64,000 nt of DNA from Pelagibacteraceae bacterium AG-325-E13. Its GTDB lineage: Bacteria > Pseudomonadota > Alphaproteobacteria > Pelagibacterales > Pelagibacteraceae. The notes under the pieces were generated by a model. That model did no database searches. It worked only from the letters and a program-made list of their open reading frames with translations, and was not told the origin of the DNA. The stretch lies in contig QBYF01000003.1 in NCBI GenBank assembly GCA_003282965.1, positions 2,418 through 66,417 of the forward strand. The letters are read 5' to 3'. This document shows positions 63,822 to 64,000 of the stretch, piece by piece. Position 1 is the first letter of the stretch; each line of letters starts with the position of its first letter. The position numbers and the translations under genes were made by a program.

Positions 63822-63913
63822 AAATGAGAGATATTAACTAGCTTTTGAAATAATCTATATGAATATTGTTATTTAAGTGCTTTGATAGTAATAAAGGTAG
63901 TTAATTAATTCAA

Positions 63914-64000
63914 GGAGAGGTGGCTGAGCGGTTGAAAGCACTGGTCTTGAAAACCAGCAACGGGGCAACTCGTTCGTGGGTTCGAATCCCACCCTCTCCG
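63914..64000 (+). tRNA. tRNA-Ser (TGA), CCA end beyond the window
   Basis: GGAGAGG..CCTCTCC-G acceptor stem, CTGGT-CT-TGA-AA-ACCAG, long variable arm, GGTTCGAATCC. Confidence 0.95.

Overview
AT-rich, extremely compact alphaproteobacterial chromosome segment with overlapping genes and tiny intergenic spaces. Gene content (dmdA/B/C, H+-PPase, SbmA, streamlined operons) points to Pelagibacterales (SAR11). From 1.9 to 40.8 kb almost all genes are on the + strand: dapA-smpB-folK-spoT-pyrE-pdxJ-acpS-lepB-rnc-recO, glyA-nrdR-rib-nusB, hppA, rpmF-plsX-ihfA, rplM-rpsI-argC-hom-glpX-recJ-tRNA-Glu, and a GDP-sugar/glycosyltransferase cluster. From 43 to 63.8 kb almost all genes are on the - strand: a DMSP demethylation cluster behind tRNA-Pro, and mltB-rlpA-dac-tmk-holB-metG-tatD. 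This convergence suggests the replication terminus. At the switch point sits a lone Cre-like tyrosine recombinase with a symmetric site (TTCCGATAA-N7-TTATCGGAA) 3 bp upstream of its start codon, a candidate single-recombinase dif-type chromosome dimer resolution system. A 1.3 kb integrase-less mini-island follows tRNA-Glu, bounded by a 35-bp duplication of the tRNA 3' end and by internal 19-bp repeats. Two genes carry +1 homopolymer frameshifts. Two ORFs in the supplied track (18826..19290 and 40778..41692) are labelled + but are on the - strand.
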